From positions 76,088 through 140,087 of the forward strand of contig CASEOS010000001.1 in assembly GCA_949289635.1 (NCBI GenBank): 64,000 bases of DNA. The letters run 5' to 3'. Shown here one piece after another: positions 28,040-38,110 of this stretch. A program made the position numbers and the translations under genes. The notes beneath the pieces are model-generated. The model worked only from the letters and a program-made list of their open reading frames with translations. It was not told where the DNA came from and made no database searches. The stretch's first letter is position 1; each line of letters opens with the position of its first letter. Origin of the DNA: an uncultured Eubacteriales bacterium. GTDB taxonomy: Bacteria > Bacillota > Clostridia > TANB77 > CAG-508.

Positions 28040-29788
28040 TCGTTCCAATTCTTGTTTTAGCATTGGCCATACATCTTCTGTCTCCATTCCTTTTTGCCAA
28101 GATGCTACTCCTGCTAAATCATTTTCATGAACTAATGAAACCTTTGCTTTTAATGATTCTACATCTTCTATCCACATTTTTTTTGTATATTCCCCATCTT
28201 GATATTCTACATAATATTGTTTTAAATCATCATCCCACGTTTTTTGAATTCCAACTGGTAAGACATCTTCTATATCTCCCATATTTACTGTTGAACTTCT
28301 CACAACTTCTTCACTGGCATTTTCTGTCCAAATTCTTGTATAGAATGGAATTCCCAATATTAATTTATCTGAATCGATTTCTTCTGTTTGTAAGAATTTT
28401 ACCAAGTTTAATTTTATCCAATTATATCCTGCTGTTGTTCCTGCTGTTGTACTAGAAATACCATTTTGGTCATATGCCATAAATACAATATAGTCTGCTA
28501 CATCTCCAATGACATTTCTATCAAAACACATTGACCATGTTTCACCACCATCTGGTGCTGTTACATCTACTGAAACTACCATTCCTATTTCATTTAATCT
28601 TGGTGTTAGTTCTATAATAAATCTTGAATATACATCTGCATCTTCTTGTTTCATATTTTCAAAATCTATATTAATTCCATCTAAGTCATATGCTACACAT
28701 GCATCTACAATTTCTTCTATCAATTCTTTTCTATTTTCATAATGATTCATAATATCTGATGTGATTTCTAAACTTTCTTTTGCTGCTACTGCATTAGATA
28801 CCATTGGCCATACTTTATATCCATTGCTATGTGCCCAATCTACATATGCTTTTCCACTTTCTCCTACATTTTCTCTAAAATCCCCATTTTCATCTACATA
28901 GAAAAAGGCTGGCGATACGACATTGACACCATCTATGGTTGTTCCTGTTCTATCAGGTGCACTTCCAACTTCTGAATAGTAATCCCATGTCATATTGATT
29001 TTTCCTTCAACTTGTTTTTCTTCTGGCATATCTTCTCTAACTGTATATTCATTTGCTAATTTATTGGTTTTTATGTATCCAATCTTTCCATTTTCTGTTC
29101 TAATTCTAGAATAACCTCCATCAGAAGAAATGACAACAACAGCATCTCCTTCTTTTACTCTGTCAACTGTTCTTGCTATAAAATTCGTTGAAGATTTTAC
29201 AGCTACATTAGAAGTAAGTATTGCTTTTTTTTGTTCTTTATCTAATGAATCCATTGTGATAATTTTTGTTTTTTCTATATTACCAATTTCTATATCATAT
29301 ACTTCTGTCATTTCTGAAATCGGTATATAAATGACTCCATCTCTTTCCATGGCATGCGCAGATGTTGTTTTGTCTGCTCCATTAATATTAATCACATTTT
29401 CTTCTAAACTCACTTCTGCTATCTTTTTATTATATGTTGTAATCACTTTATTATTTTCTTCTTCTAAATAAATATATTTATCAAAAAAATTGGCAATATC
29501 ATCTTCTGATAAATATATAACACCATCTTCTTGTATAATTTCATTTTTTAAATTTGATGTTACATTTTTATTATTAATAATTAAATTGGTTGTTGTATTA
29601 TTATCTAATATAATAAAGTTATTTGCTATCATGGCAATGATAAACAATATGATAATGGCTAATATGATAATTCCTGTTCTAACAATCATTTTTTTCTTTT
29701 TTTCTACTTCTTCTGCTGTCATTCTTTTTGCTTTTTTCATATTTTTTACTTTTGGTTCTTTCCCTAATTCTCTTCTTCCTCTTCCCAT
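28037..29788 (-). CDS. Membrane-anchored GH18-family glycosyl hydrolase (YaaH/YdhD/SleL-like, chitinase-fold peptidoglycan hydrolase)
   Basis: 583 aa with an N-terminal TM helix. DGINIDFE is the GH18 DxxDxDxE catalytic motif, and MAYDQN / GVASWQ are conserved GH18 blocks. Confidence 0.6.
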   Translation of the reverse strand: MGRGRRELGKEPKVKNMKKAKRMTAEEVEKKKKMIVRTGIIILAIIILFIIAMIANNFIILDNNTTTNLIINNKNVTSNLKNEIIQEDGVIYLSEDDIANFFDKYIYLEEENNKVITTYNKKIAEVSLEENVININGADKTTSAHAMERDGVIYIPISEMTEVYDIEIGNIEKTKIITMDSLDKEQKKAILTSNVAVKSSTNFIARTVDRVKEGDAVVVISSDGGYSRIRTENGKIGYIKTNKLANEYTVREDMPEEKQVEGKINMTWDYYSEVGSAPDRTGTTIDGVNVVSPAFFYVDENGDFRENVGESGKAYVDWAHSNGYKVWPMVSNAVAAKESLEITSDIMNHYENRKELIEEIVDACVAYDLDGINIDFENMKQEDADVYSRFIIELTPRLNEIGMVVSVDVTAPDGGETWSMCFDRNVIGDVADYIVFMAYDQNGISSTTAGTTAGYNWIKLNLVKFLQTEEIDSDKLILGIPFYTRIWTENASEEVVRSSTVNMGDIEDVLPVGIQKTWDDDLKQYYVEYQDGEYTKKMWIEDVESLKAKVSLVHENDLAGVASWQKGMETEDVWPMLKQELER

Positions 29789-29917
29789 TCTTATCTCCTT
29801 TGTACTTCATTTTATTTTTTGTTTGATTGCATAAAAATTTTTCTTTTCATTATACAATTCATTATATCATTTTTCTTTATTACTATAACATAAAAAAAAT
29901 ATTTATCAAATATAATT

Positions 29918-30601
29918 TTAGATTTTTTTCATTTTTCTTAATTCTGCTTTTTGCTCATCTGATATTCGATAAGATTCTATTGCTTTTTGCAATGCCTTAT
30001 TATATGTAAATTTATCTATCTTAGCATGTTTTAGATATTCTATTGTTTTATCATAAAATTTAATTAAACAAATAGATATTGCCCAAGCTACTGCCATTTG
30101 AACATAATATCGATCACTTTTTATATCATCAAATATAGAAAAATCTTTTTCCAAATATTCTTCTGTTATATAATAATCTAAAATCATTACAATGCCAAAT
30201 CGAATTTCGAATTCTTTATCTGATGTTACATATTTCTGCAAAAAATCCCACATTTCTTTTTTGTGTTTTTTTGTGATTTTTAATCCTGTGCAAAACCCAT
30301 CACAGATCGCCCAGTTATCAATTTTTGGAACAAATTTTTCGATATCTTTTAATATATGTTTTATATTTCGTATATCTTTATTTTTTACTTTATTTTTATC
30401 TTTGTCGTTTTCTAATCCAATCAGCATACCTTGTAGCATAATTTCTTCATAATATTCATTATCAATATATGTTAGTAAATCATGAATTTCATATTCTTTT
30501 GCTAATTTCTTTGCATAATCTCTAAGAATTGGCACTCTCACACCTAAAATATTGCCTATACCGTGGGCATAAACCTGTATGAAATTCTCTATATTTCTCA
30601 T
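29918..30601 (-). CDS. DNA alkylation repair enzyme (AlkC/AlkD HEAT-like repeat family)
   Basis: 227 aa, helical-repeat protein. The NWAICDGFC and YYVQMAVAWAIS blocks resemble the DNA alkylation repair family (pfam08713). Confidence 0.55.
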   Translation of the reverse strand: MRNIENFIQVYAHGIGNILGVRVPILRDYAKKLAKEYEIHDLLTYIDNEYYEEIMLQGMLIGLENDKDKNKVKNKDIRNIKHILKDIEKFVPKIDNWAICDGFCTGLKITKKHKKEMWDFLQKYVTSDKEFEIRFGIVMILDYYITEEYLEKDFSIFDDIKSDRYYVQMAVAWAISICLIKFYDKTIEYLKHAKIDKFTYNKALQKAIESYRISDEQKAELRKMKKI

Positions 30602-30657
30602 CTGCTAAATTCTTTAATTCTTTCTTTATTTTCTGTTTCATTTATCGTTCTCCTTTT

Positions 30658-30688
30658 GGGACAATTGGGGACGTTTCTTTTTTGTCCC
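30658..30688. repeat. Type C repeat copy in hairpin form (GGGACAATTGGGGACGTTTCTTTTTTGTCCC); left bracket of the BI-1 gene cassette
   Basis: A 7 bp GGGACAA/TTGTCCC stem encloses the TTGGGGACG core. Confidence 0.7.
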
Positions 30689-30854
30689 TTTTTTCTTTTT
30701 CTCAATATTAAAATCTTTAATTTACTTTACTATGACATATTTTAATTATAAATTCAAGAATGTTAACGATATTTTAAGAATTTATTTGTATATATTGCAT
30801 ATTTTCTTTTTTATTTGTATACTAAATTTATATAATAGTGAAAGGGGTTTTGAT

Positions 30855-31532
30855 ATGGAAGAAAACGAAGTACAAAATATGCCTACTGAGAATAAACTTT
30901 TCGGAAAAACATTTTTCTGGATGTTTCTTGGTCTACTGGGTTCAGCACTTATCGCTTGGTATACCTATTCTTCAGGATTATTTTATACAATCGCATTAGA
31001 AGGTTCTTTTACAGGATTACTTATTATAGAAGTTATTGCTGTTTTGCTATTTAGTCTTCTATTTAGAAAATTACCACCAGTTATTGTTGGTATCCTGTAT
31101 TTTGTATATGCTGCACTAAATGGAGTCACACTATCTGTTATTTTTGCTGTTTTTGAATTAAACTCAATCATTACTTTATTTATTGCTTCTGCTTTGATTT
31201 TTGGTATTTTAAGTTTGATTGGATACAAAACCAACAAAGATTTAAGTAAATGGAGAACTTATTTAACCGTATTTTTAATTATTGGTCTAATTCTTAGCTT
31301 AGTTAACTTATTTATTTTTAAAAGCTCTATGTTTGACTTAATACTAGATTGGGTAATTTTAGCAGTATTTTTTGGAGTTACTATTTATGACATTAATAAA
31401 ATTAAAGCTTTACAATTAGAACCTGATATTAACCAAGAAAAAATATATATTTATTGTGCAATGCAATTATATCTTGATTTTATCAACATTTTCTTAAGAA
31501 TTCTTTCTATTTTTGGAAAGAGAAGAAATTAA
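30855..31532 (+). CDS. Bax inhibitor-1/YccA-family integral membrane protein
   Basis: About 225 aa with 7 TM helices. The C-terminal YCAMQLYLDFINIFLRILSIFG matches the BI-1/YccA C-terminal motif. A GAAAGGGG RBS is present. The listed ORF starts earlier at 30732, but 30855 has the better RBS. Confidence 0.65.
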   Translation: MEENEVQNMPTENKLFGKTFFWMFLGLLGSALIAWYTYSSGLFYTIALEGSFTGLLIIEVIAVLLFSLLFRKLPPVIVGILYFVYAALNGVTLSVIFAVFELNSIITLFIASALIFGILSLIGYKTNKDLSKWRTYLTVFLIIGLILSLVNLFIFKSSMFDLILDWVILAVFFGVTIYDINKIKALQLEPDINQEKIYIYCAMQLYLDFINIFLRILSIFGKRRN

Positions 31533-31579
31533 TAATTCTAAATATGGCATATTCGCCATATTTAAATAAACTAAATTTA

Positions 31580-31606
31580 AAAGGCATCTTCCGATGCCTT
31601 TTATTC
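31580..31606 (+). terminator. Rho-independent terminator of the BI-1 gene
   Basis: AGGCATC, loop, GATGCCT hairpin followed by TTTTATT. Confidence 0.6.
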
Positions 31607-31656
31607 ATTTATTTTTTCATATTATCTTAATATTTTCATTATCTTTTATTCTTCTT

Positions 31657-31690
31657 CAAAATGTCCAAAAAGAAACGTCCCCAATTGTCC
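31657..31690. repeat. Type C repeat, inverted copy (AAAATGTCCAAAAAGAAACGTCCCCAATTGTCCC); right bracket of the BI-1 cassette
   Basis: It is the reverse complement of the C-type TIR seen at 22581..22614. Confidence 0.75.
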
Positions 31691-31696
31691 CATTTT

Positions 31697-33520
31697 TTAT
31701 TCTTCCTCTTCTTCAAATTGAGAATTATATAAATCCGCATAAAATCCATTTTTGGCAAGTAGCTCTTCATGAGTACCTTGTTCTACAATGTCTCCATGAT
31801 TCATAACTAATATTAAATCTGCATTTTTTATGGTTGATAATCTATGGGCTATGATAAAACTTGTTCTTCCTTTCATTAGATTATCCATAGCTGATTGGAT
31901 TTGTATTTCTGTTCTTGTATCAATTGAACTTGTCGCTTCATCTAATATTAAGATTTTAGGGTCTGCTAATATGACTCTGGCAATAGTAAGTAATTGCTTT
32001 TGACCTGCTGATATATTGGTTGATTCTTCATTGATTAATGAATGATATCCATTTGGTAATGTTTTGATAAAATGATGTACATGTGCTGCTTTTGCTGCCT
32101 CTACCACTTCTGTATCTGTGGTATCTTCTTTACTATATTTGATATTTTCTTCTACTGTTCCACCAAATAGCCATGTATCTTGCAATACCATACCAAACAT
32201 TTTACGAAGTTCGCCTCTATCAAAGTCTTTTACATTATGACCGTCCACATCAATTTCTCCATCTGTGACATCATAAAAACGCATTAACAATTTTACCATG
32301 GTGGTTTTTCCAGCTCCTGTTGGTCCAACAATGGCTATTTTTTGTCCTTCATGGACACTTGCATTAAAATCATTGATAATGGTTCTTTCTGGGTCATATC
32401 CAAATTTAACATGTTTAAATTCTACATTTCCTTTTAATTTAGAAATATCTATATTTCCTTTTGCTGTTATTTCTTCTTCTGGCTCTTCTAAGAATTCAAA
32501 AATTCTTTCTGCCGCTGCCATCATGGCTTGTAACATGTTAGAAATTTGTGCCAATTGGTTAATTGGTTGTGTAAATTGTTTATTGTATTGTATAAAACTT
32601 TGAATATTACCAACTGTAATGGTTCCATTAATTGCTAAATATCCACCAGCTACTGCTACTGCCACATATCCTACATTTGATATAAAGTTCATAACAGGAT
32701 GCATTAAACCTGATAAGAATTGTGATTTCCATCCAGAATGATATAATTCTTCATTTGCTTTTTCAAAATCTTTTGTTACTTTTTCTTCTGCATTAAATAC
32801 TTTTACAATATTTAATCCACCATAGATTTCTTCTACTTGACCATTGACATGTCCTAAGTAGTCTTGTTGTCTTGTAAAATATTTTTGTGATTTTTTAACA
32901 ATAAAGGTTACTAATATTCCTGCTATTGGCAAGATAACTAATGAAATTAATGTCATTTGCCAGCTGATAGAAAACATCATAATCAATATACCAATAATGG
33001 TACATATAGATGTAATAATTTCTGTAATACTTTGGTTTAAGTTCATACTTAATGTATCAATATCATTTGTAATAATAGATAATACTTCTCCATGTGTCTT
33101 TTTATCAAAATATTTCATTGGTAATTTATTAATTTTGATGGCTACATCATTTCTTAATTTATAGGTGATTTTTTGTGCTACATTTGTCATTAAAAATCTT
33201 TGTACAAAAGAGAATAATGCACTAATGACATATAATCCTAATAATGTTAAAGCAATTTGACCAACTTTTCCAAAATCAATACCTGTTCCACCACTTAATT
33301 TGCTAACCAATCCATTAAAGATTTCTGTGGTTGCATTTCCTAATATTTTGGGTCCTACAATGGTAAATATGGTACTACCAATGGCAAATATCATAACAAT
33401 GATAATGGGAATTTTGTATTTTACTAAGTATGATTTTATTAATTTTTTTGTTGTTTTCTTAAAATCTTTTGCTCTCTCTGTTGTTTGACCTCCTCTAGGT
33501 CCTCTCATTGATCCCGGCAT
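31697..33520 (-). CDS. ABC transporter, fused permease/ATP-binding protein (exporter type, half of a heterodimer)
   Basis: 607 aa with 6 TM helices, then Walker A GPTGAGKTT, the signature LSAGQKQLL and Walker B ILILDEATS. Confidence 0.85.
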   Translation of the reverse strand: MPGSMRGPRGGQTTERAKDFKKTTKKLIKSYLVKYKIPIIIVMIFAIGSTIFTIVGPKILGNATTEIFNGLVSKLSGGTGIDFGKVGQIALTLLGLYVISALFSFVQRFLMTNVAQKITYKLRNDVAIKINKLPMKYFDKKTHGEVLSIITNDIDTLSMNLNQSITEIITSICTIIGILIMMFSISWQMTLISLVILPIAGILVTFIVKKSQKYFTRQQDYLGHVNGQVEEIYGGLNIVKVFNAEEKVTKDFEKANEELYHSGWKSQFLSGLMHPVMNFISNVGYVAVAVAGGYLAINGTITVGNIQSFIQYNKQFTQPINQLAQISNMLQAMMAAAERIFEFLEEPEEEITAKGNIDISKLKGNVEFKHVKFGYDPERTIINDFNASVHEGQKIAIVGPTGAGKTTMVKLLMRFYDVTDGEIDVDGHNVKDFDRGELRKMFGMVLQDTWLFGGTVEENIKYSKEDTTDTEVVEAAKAAHVHHFIKTLPNGYHSLINEESTNISAGQKQLLTIARVILADPKILILDEATSSIDTRTEIQIQSAMDNLMKGRTSFIIAHRLSTIKNADLILVMNHGDIVEQGTHEELLAKNGFYADLYNSQFEEEEE

Positions 33521-33521
33521 A

Positions 33522-35807
33522 TTACTTACCTCCTTTCTCGCCTAATTCTTCTTCAGACAATTGTGATAAAGCAATTTGCCTATAGGTTTCATTATGTTTC
33601 ATTAATTCTTCATGTGTCCCCATTCCTACCATTTTTCCTTCTTCCAAAACGATAATTTTGTCTGCATTCAAAATGGTACTAATTCTTTGGGCCACAATAA
33701 TGACAGTTTTATTTTTTGTTCTGGTAGCTAGTGCTTCTCTTAAAGCGCTATCTGTCTTAAAATCTAAGGCTGAAAAACTATCATCAAATACAAAAATCTC
33801 TGGATCTTTTGCAATCGCTCTTGCGATAGATAATCTTTGTTTTTGACCACCAGATACATTTCCTCCGCCTTGTGCGATTGGGTCTTGATATTTCTTTTCT
33901 TTTGCTTCAATAAATTCTGTTGCTTGTGCAATCTCTGCTGCTTCCACCATTTTTTCATCTGACATGGTTTCATCTGCATATTTAATATTAGATTCGATAG
34001 TTCCTGAGAACAACACTCCTTTTTGTGGTACAAATCCAATAATATCTCTTAAATCTTTTTGTGATACATCTTTTACATTGACTCCATCTATGCACAATTC
34101 TCCCCCTGTGACATCATAAAATCTTGGTATCAAATTGACAACGGTTGATTTACCACTTCCTGTGCTACCAATAATCGCTGTTGTTTTTCCAGGTTCTGCT
34201 GTAAAGTTAATATCCTCTAAAATTTCTGTATCTGCATCTGGATATCTAAAGGAAACATTTTTAAATTCTACTAATCCCTTTTTATCTGGATTAAATTTCT
34301 TTGTTTCTTTTTTATCTGTAATACTTGGCTTAGCCTCTATCACTTCATTAATTCTTCTTGCAGAAACCGCTGCTCTAGGAAGCATGATAGAAATCATAGA
34401 TATCATTAAGAATGCCATAACGATTTGCATTGTATATTGAATAAATGCCATCATATCTCCCACTTGCATAATACCTTGGTCTACATTGTGACCACCTACC
34501 CAAACAATCAATATCATGATTGAGTTCATAATGAACATTAATAAAGGCATCATCATAGACATAGCTTTATTCACAAATAAGTTTGTTTTCATTAAATCTT
34601 TATTGGCTACATCAAATCTGGCTTCTTCCTTTTTCTCTTTATTAAAAGCTCTAATAACTGGCAATCCTGTAAGGATTTCTCTTGAAACTTCATTTAATTT
34701 GTCTATTAAATCTTGCAATTTTTTAAATCTTGGCATCGCAATGGCAAATAAAGTTCCTACAATCAATAAAATTGCTAATATTGCTATTCCAATAATCCAT
34801 GCCATCGAATTATCTGTTGTTGTTAATACTCTAAGAAATCCTCCTATACCAATAATTGGTGCATATACAACTACCCTAAACAATATGGTAATTAACATTT
34901 GTATTTGTTGCACATCATTGGTACTACGTGTAATTAAGGATGCTGTTGAAAATTGATTTAATTCTGCATTGGAAAATGTCATGACTTTTTTAAATACTTT
35001 TTCTCTTAATGTTTTTCCTAATTTAGCTGCTACTCTTGATGATAATAACATAATAGATACAGCACATATCATGGTAATTAATGCAATTCCTAGCATTTGT
35101 AAACCAGTTTTTAAAATATAGTTATTTTGAATGTCATCTGTGTTAATTCCCGCATTGATATAAATTTGTTTTACAGATGAAACTGCTGCTTGTTCTTTGA
35201 TAGAATCACTCATGTCTTCCATCTTTTTCGTAAATTCTGATAAAACTTGATTTCTTTGTTCTTCTGGCATTTGCTCAATCATTTTCATTAAAGACATATT
35301 TTGAATATATTGTCTTTGTACTTCTGGAACTTGTTGTAATAATTGTTCTTTTATTTGATTAGCTGTTTCTTCATTTGTAACAGTTGTTAATTCCATTAAT
35401 GGATTTATCATAATTCCTGATAAACTTTCTTCTTGCTCTTCACTTAAATCTTTTAATACATAAATGGTATCCTGTTTGGTTTCATACTCTTTTCCAAAAT
35501 ATTCTTTTATAACTTGCTCTTCATGTTTTTCCTGTGTTTCATATGTATTGTTCGTTGTTGAAACCATTGTATAATTTTCTAATATTTCATCATCTTTATC
35601 TGTAAAGATTAACATATTGTCCATATCTTCTTTGGAAATAATTTCTGGTATAGGACTGGTAATTCCACCAGCTTGTATACCTTCATTTACAATTTTTGAA
35701 GTATAATCTGGTAATGCTAAATCTGTTGTAGCTTGTATACAAAGTAATATGACAATGACAATAACTGCTCCTAATGACTTTTTTAAGTTTTTCAATATTT
35801 TTAGCAT
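33522..35807 (-). CDS. ABC transporter, fused permease/ATP-binding protein with a large extracytoplasmic insertion (partner subunit)
   Basis: 761 aa. There is a ~200 aa hydrophilic insert after TM1, then Walker A GSTGSGKST, the signature VSGGQKQRL and Walker B IFVFDDSFS. A 1 nt gap separates it from the downstream ABC gene. Confidence 0.85.
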   Translation of the reverse strand: MLKILKNLKKSLGAVIVIVILLCIQATTDLALPDYTSKIVNEGIQAGGITSPIPEIISKEDMDNMLIFTDKDDEILENYTMVSTTNNTYETQEKHEEQVIKEYFGKEYETKQDTIYVLKDLSEEQEESLSGIMINPLMELTTVTNEETANQIKEQLLQQVPEVQRQYIQNMSLMKMIEQMPEEQRNQVLSEFTKKMEDMSDSIKEQAAVSSVKQIYINAGINTDDIQNNYILKTGLQMLGIALITMICAVSIMLLSSRVAAKLGKTLREKVFKKVMTFSNAELNQFSTASLITRSTNDVQQIQMLITILFRVVVYAPIIGIGGFLRVLTTTDNSMAWIIGIAILAILLIVGTLFAIAMPRFKKLQDLIDKLNEVSREILTGLPVIRAFNKEKKEEARFDVANKDLMKTNLFVNKAMSMMMPLLMFIMNSIMILIVWVGGHNVDQGIMQVGDMMAFIQYTMQIVMAFLMISMISIMLPRAAVSARRINEVIEAKPSITDKKETKKFNPDKKGLVEFKNVSFRYPDADTEILEDINFTAEPGKTTAIIGSTGSGKSTVVNLIPRFYDVTGGELCIDGVNVKDVSQKDLRDIIGFVPQKGVLFSGTIESNIKYADETMSDEKMVEAAEIAQATEFIEAKEKKYQDPIAQGGGNVSGGQKQRLSIARAIAKDPEIFVFDDSFSALDFKTDSALREALATRTKNKTVIIVAQRISTILNADKIIVLEEGKMVGMGTHEELMKHNETYRQIALSQLSEEELGEKGGK

Positions 35808-35922
35808 ATCTTTTCTCCTTCTTTCTTATTTAACAAAAAAAATGACACTGTATTATTATATGTGACACAGTGTCATTAGTCAATATTTATATTGTGAAAT
35901 TTTTGTGAATTTTATTTGATGT

Positions 35923-36582
35923 TTACATTTTTCTAAATACGCCTGCAACTTTTCCCAATATCTCGCAATCTGGTACAATAATGGGATCCATTGTAGAATT
36001 TTCTGGTTGTAGTCTGATATGGTCTGCTTCTTTATAAAATGTTTTAACTGTTGCTTCATCTCCAATTAAGGCAACAACAATTTCTCCATTATTAGCTGTA
36101 TTTTGTCTTTTTACAAGAATATAGTCTCCATCTAAAATTCCTGCTTCAATCATACTTTCTCCTCTAACAGTTAGCATAAAGCTTTCTGAATTTCCAACAA
36201 AATCAATTGGAATTGGGAAAGTATCTGTAACATTTTCTACCGCTAAAATTGGCTCCCCTGCTGTTATTTTTCCGATAATAGGAACTTCAACTAATTCTTT
36301 TTGAGTATAGAAATCTTTACTTGATGTTACTTTAGATTCACCAGAAGCACCTTTTAATAATCGTAAAGTTCTTCCTTTTTTGTCCTTTTTCTTAATGTAA
36401 CCTTTTTCTTCTAGTTTTGCTAAATAACCATGTACAGTTGCTGTTGAGTTTAATCCAACTGCTTTCCCGATTTCTCTTACTGATGGTGGATATCCTTGTG
36501 TCATAATTTGTTTTTCAATAAAATGTAAAATTGATTTTTCTCTTCTATTTAATTCTGGTTTCTTTTTTGGCATTTTCTTCAC
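35923..36582 (-). CDS. lexA: LexA repressor
   Basis: N-terminal wHTH ([34 protein letters not shown]) and the C-terminal S24 peptidase [15 protein letters not shown]...KTF with the Ser/Lys dyad. The true start is probably MPKKK at about 36573. Confidence 0.9.
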   Translation of the reverse strand: MKKMPKKKPELNRREKSILHFIEKQIMTQGYPPSVREIGKAVGLNSTATVHGYLAKLEEKGYIKKKDKKGRTLRLLKGASGESKVTSSKDFYTQKELVEVPIIGKITAGEPILAVENVTDTFPIPIDFVGNSESFMLTVRGESMIEAGILDGDYILVKRQNTANNGEIVVALIGDEATVKTFYKEADHIRLQPENSTMDPIIVPDCEILGKVAGVFRKM

Positions 36583-36672
36583 TCCATTCTCCTATTTTGT
36601 CCCATCATATCATACAAACAAAAAAATGTCAAACAAATTTTTGATTTTTTTAGAAAGATTGGGGTGAAACGT

Positions 36673-36721
36673 TAGGGACGTGTCAAATCGTTTCATTTTG
36701 GAACGATTTGACACGTCCCTA
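36673..36721. repeat. Perfect 49 bp palindrome: a minimal type B element consisting of two terminal repeats fused head to head, flanked by TA on both sides
   Basis: TAGGGACGTGTCAAATCGTT-tcattttg-GAACGATTTGACACGTCCCTA forms a 20 bp stem. The right-hand CTA provides the TAG stop of the NUDIX gene. Confidence 0.8.
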
Positions 36722-37180
36722 ACGGACCATTCCTTCTTTCAAATCTTGTATAAATCTTTCTTTGATTTCTAATGGTAATAGCACTATTTTTGATATATCT
36801 TCTTTTTTTACAATTTCAGGAATGTATTCTCCTGAATCTGTATATGCCGGATTATTTGAAAATTCTTCTCCGTCTCCTGTTCCAAATTCTCCATCTGCAT
36901 ATTCACATAGAAAAAAATATTCTTTCATATTAACTCTACTATTTTCTAATTCATATAATTTTCTCACTACTTTTACATGAATACCAAATTCTTCTTTAAT
37001 TTCTCTTATCACACCTTCTTCTAATGTTTCTCCCTCTTCTAAATGTCCTCCTGGAAAAGTATAATATTCCTGATAATCTTTGTTTCTTATGACATTTTTT
37101 CTATGCATCAACACAAATCCATCATTCATCGGAACAATTCCTGCTACTCTGATTGCCAATTTATTTGTTTCTTCTACCAT
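36719..37180 (-). CDS. NUDIX hydrolase
   Basis: 153 aa. The Nudix box is GGHLEEGETLEEGVIREIKEEFGI. Confidence 0.8.
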   Translation of the reverse strand: MVEETNKLAIRVAGIVPMNDGFVLMHRKNVIRNKDYQEYYTFPGGHLEEGETLEEGVIREIKEEFGIHVKVVRKLYELENSRVNMKEYFFLCEYADGEFGTGDGEEFSNNPAYTDSGEYIPEIVKKEDISKIVLLPLEIKERFIQDLKEGMVR

Positions 37181-37225
37181 ATTAAAGACCTCCTATATCA
37201 TAATATTATTCTTCTAATTGTAAAA

Positions 37226-38110
37226 TTATAATGAATTAATTTCTTTCTCTGTTAATCCTGTTATCTTTTTAATTAATTCTACATCTATTCCTTCTTCTTT
37301 CATTTTTTTAGCAATTTCTTTTCTATCTTGTCTTTTTCCTTCTTCTAACCCTTTTCTTCTTGCTTCATACATCTCTGTATTATAAGTTAATCGACTTCTT
37401 TCTCTGATTTCATATAACTCTCTTTCATATTCATCTGCACTCATTTGTGTTAACTGTTCTACTGCTTCTTTGATTTCTTCATTTTCTTTTTTACATTCTT
37501 CCATCATTTTTTTATCTCCCCCAATCACATATAACCATTTTTCTAGTAAATCTGCTACCTTTGGTTTCTTTTTCTTGAATTTTGGTAGTTCTATAATATA
37601 GTATTTTACCATGTCTGTTAAATATTTTTCTTCTTTCTTATATCCCATATCTACATATCTTATCTCATCTGTCTCTTCATATTTTAACATTGCTAAACTT
37701 AAATATGCATTTCGTTTTACAACATTATCATTTATAATACATATGACAATTGTATCTTTGGCATTTTGATATTTTTCCGATACCTTTATATCTCCTGCTA
37801 TTAACTTTGCATTATATACAACTAATCTCCTATCTATTGCTACTGAATTTCCTACTTGCATTTCAATATCGACAATTGTATCTTCATTAATTTCCGCTCT
37901 TATATCTAATATACTTAATTTTTCATTTATCGTTTCTTTTGGTATTTCTGGATTTTTTATTTCTATTTTTTGTATGTTAATTTTTAATATTGCCTCTAAT
38001 AGGCTTTTTAAGATTTTCTCATTTCCTCCTTTTCCAAAAATTCTTTTAAACACATAATCATTTGATAATGGTAGCATATCTACCTCATTTTGTTTTTTTA
38101 TATTGCTCAT
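37226..38110 (-). CDS. Rpn/YhgA-like family protein (PD-(D/E)XK recombination-promoting nuclease / putative transposase, TIGR01784-like)
   Basis: 294 aa. The N-terminal LSNDYVFKRIFG...ILKSLLEAIL plus the DIEMQ block are reminiscent of the family's DxxFKxxF / PD-(D/E)XK core. The C-terminus is a charged coiled-coil. Confidence 0.5.
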   Translation of the reverse strand: MSNIKKQNEVDMLPLSNDYVFKRIFGKGGNEKILKSLLEAILKINIQKIEIKNPEIPKETINEKLSILDIRAEINEDTIVDIEMQVGNSVAIDRRLVVYNAKLIAGDIKVSEKYQNAKDTIVICIINDNVVKRNAYLSLAMLKYEETDEIRYVDMGYKKEEKYLTDMVKYYIIELPKFKKKKPKVADLLEKWLYVIGGDKKMMEECKKENEEIKEAVEQLTQMSADEYERELYEIRERSRLTYNTEMYEARRKGLEEGKRQDRKEIAKKMKEEGIDVELIKKITGLTEKEINSL

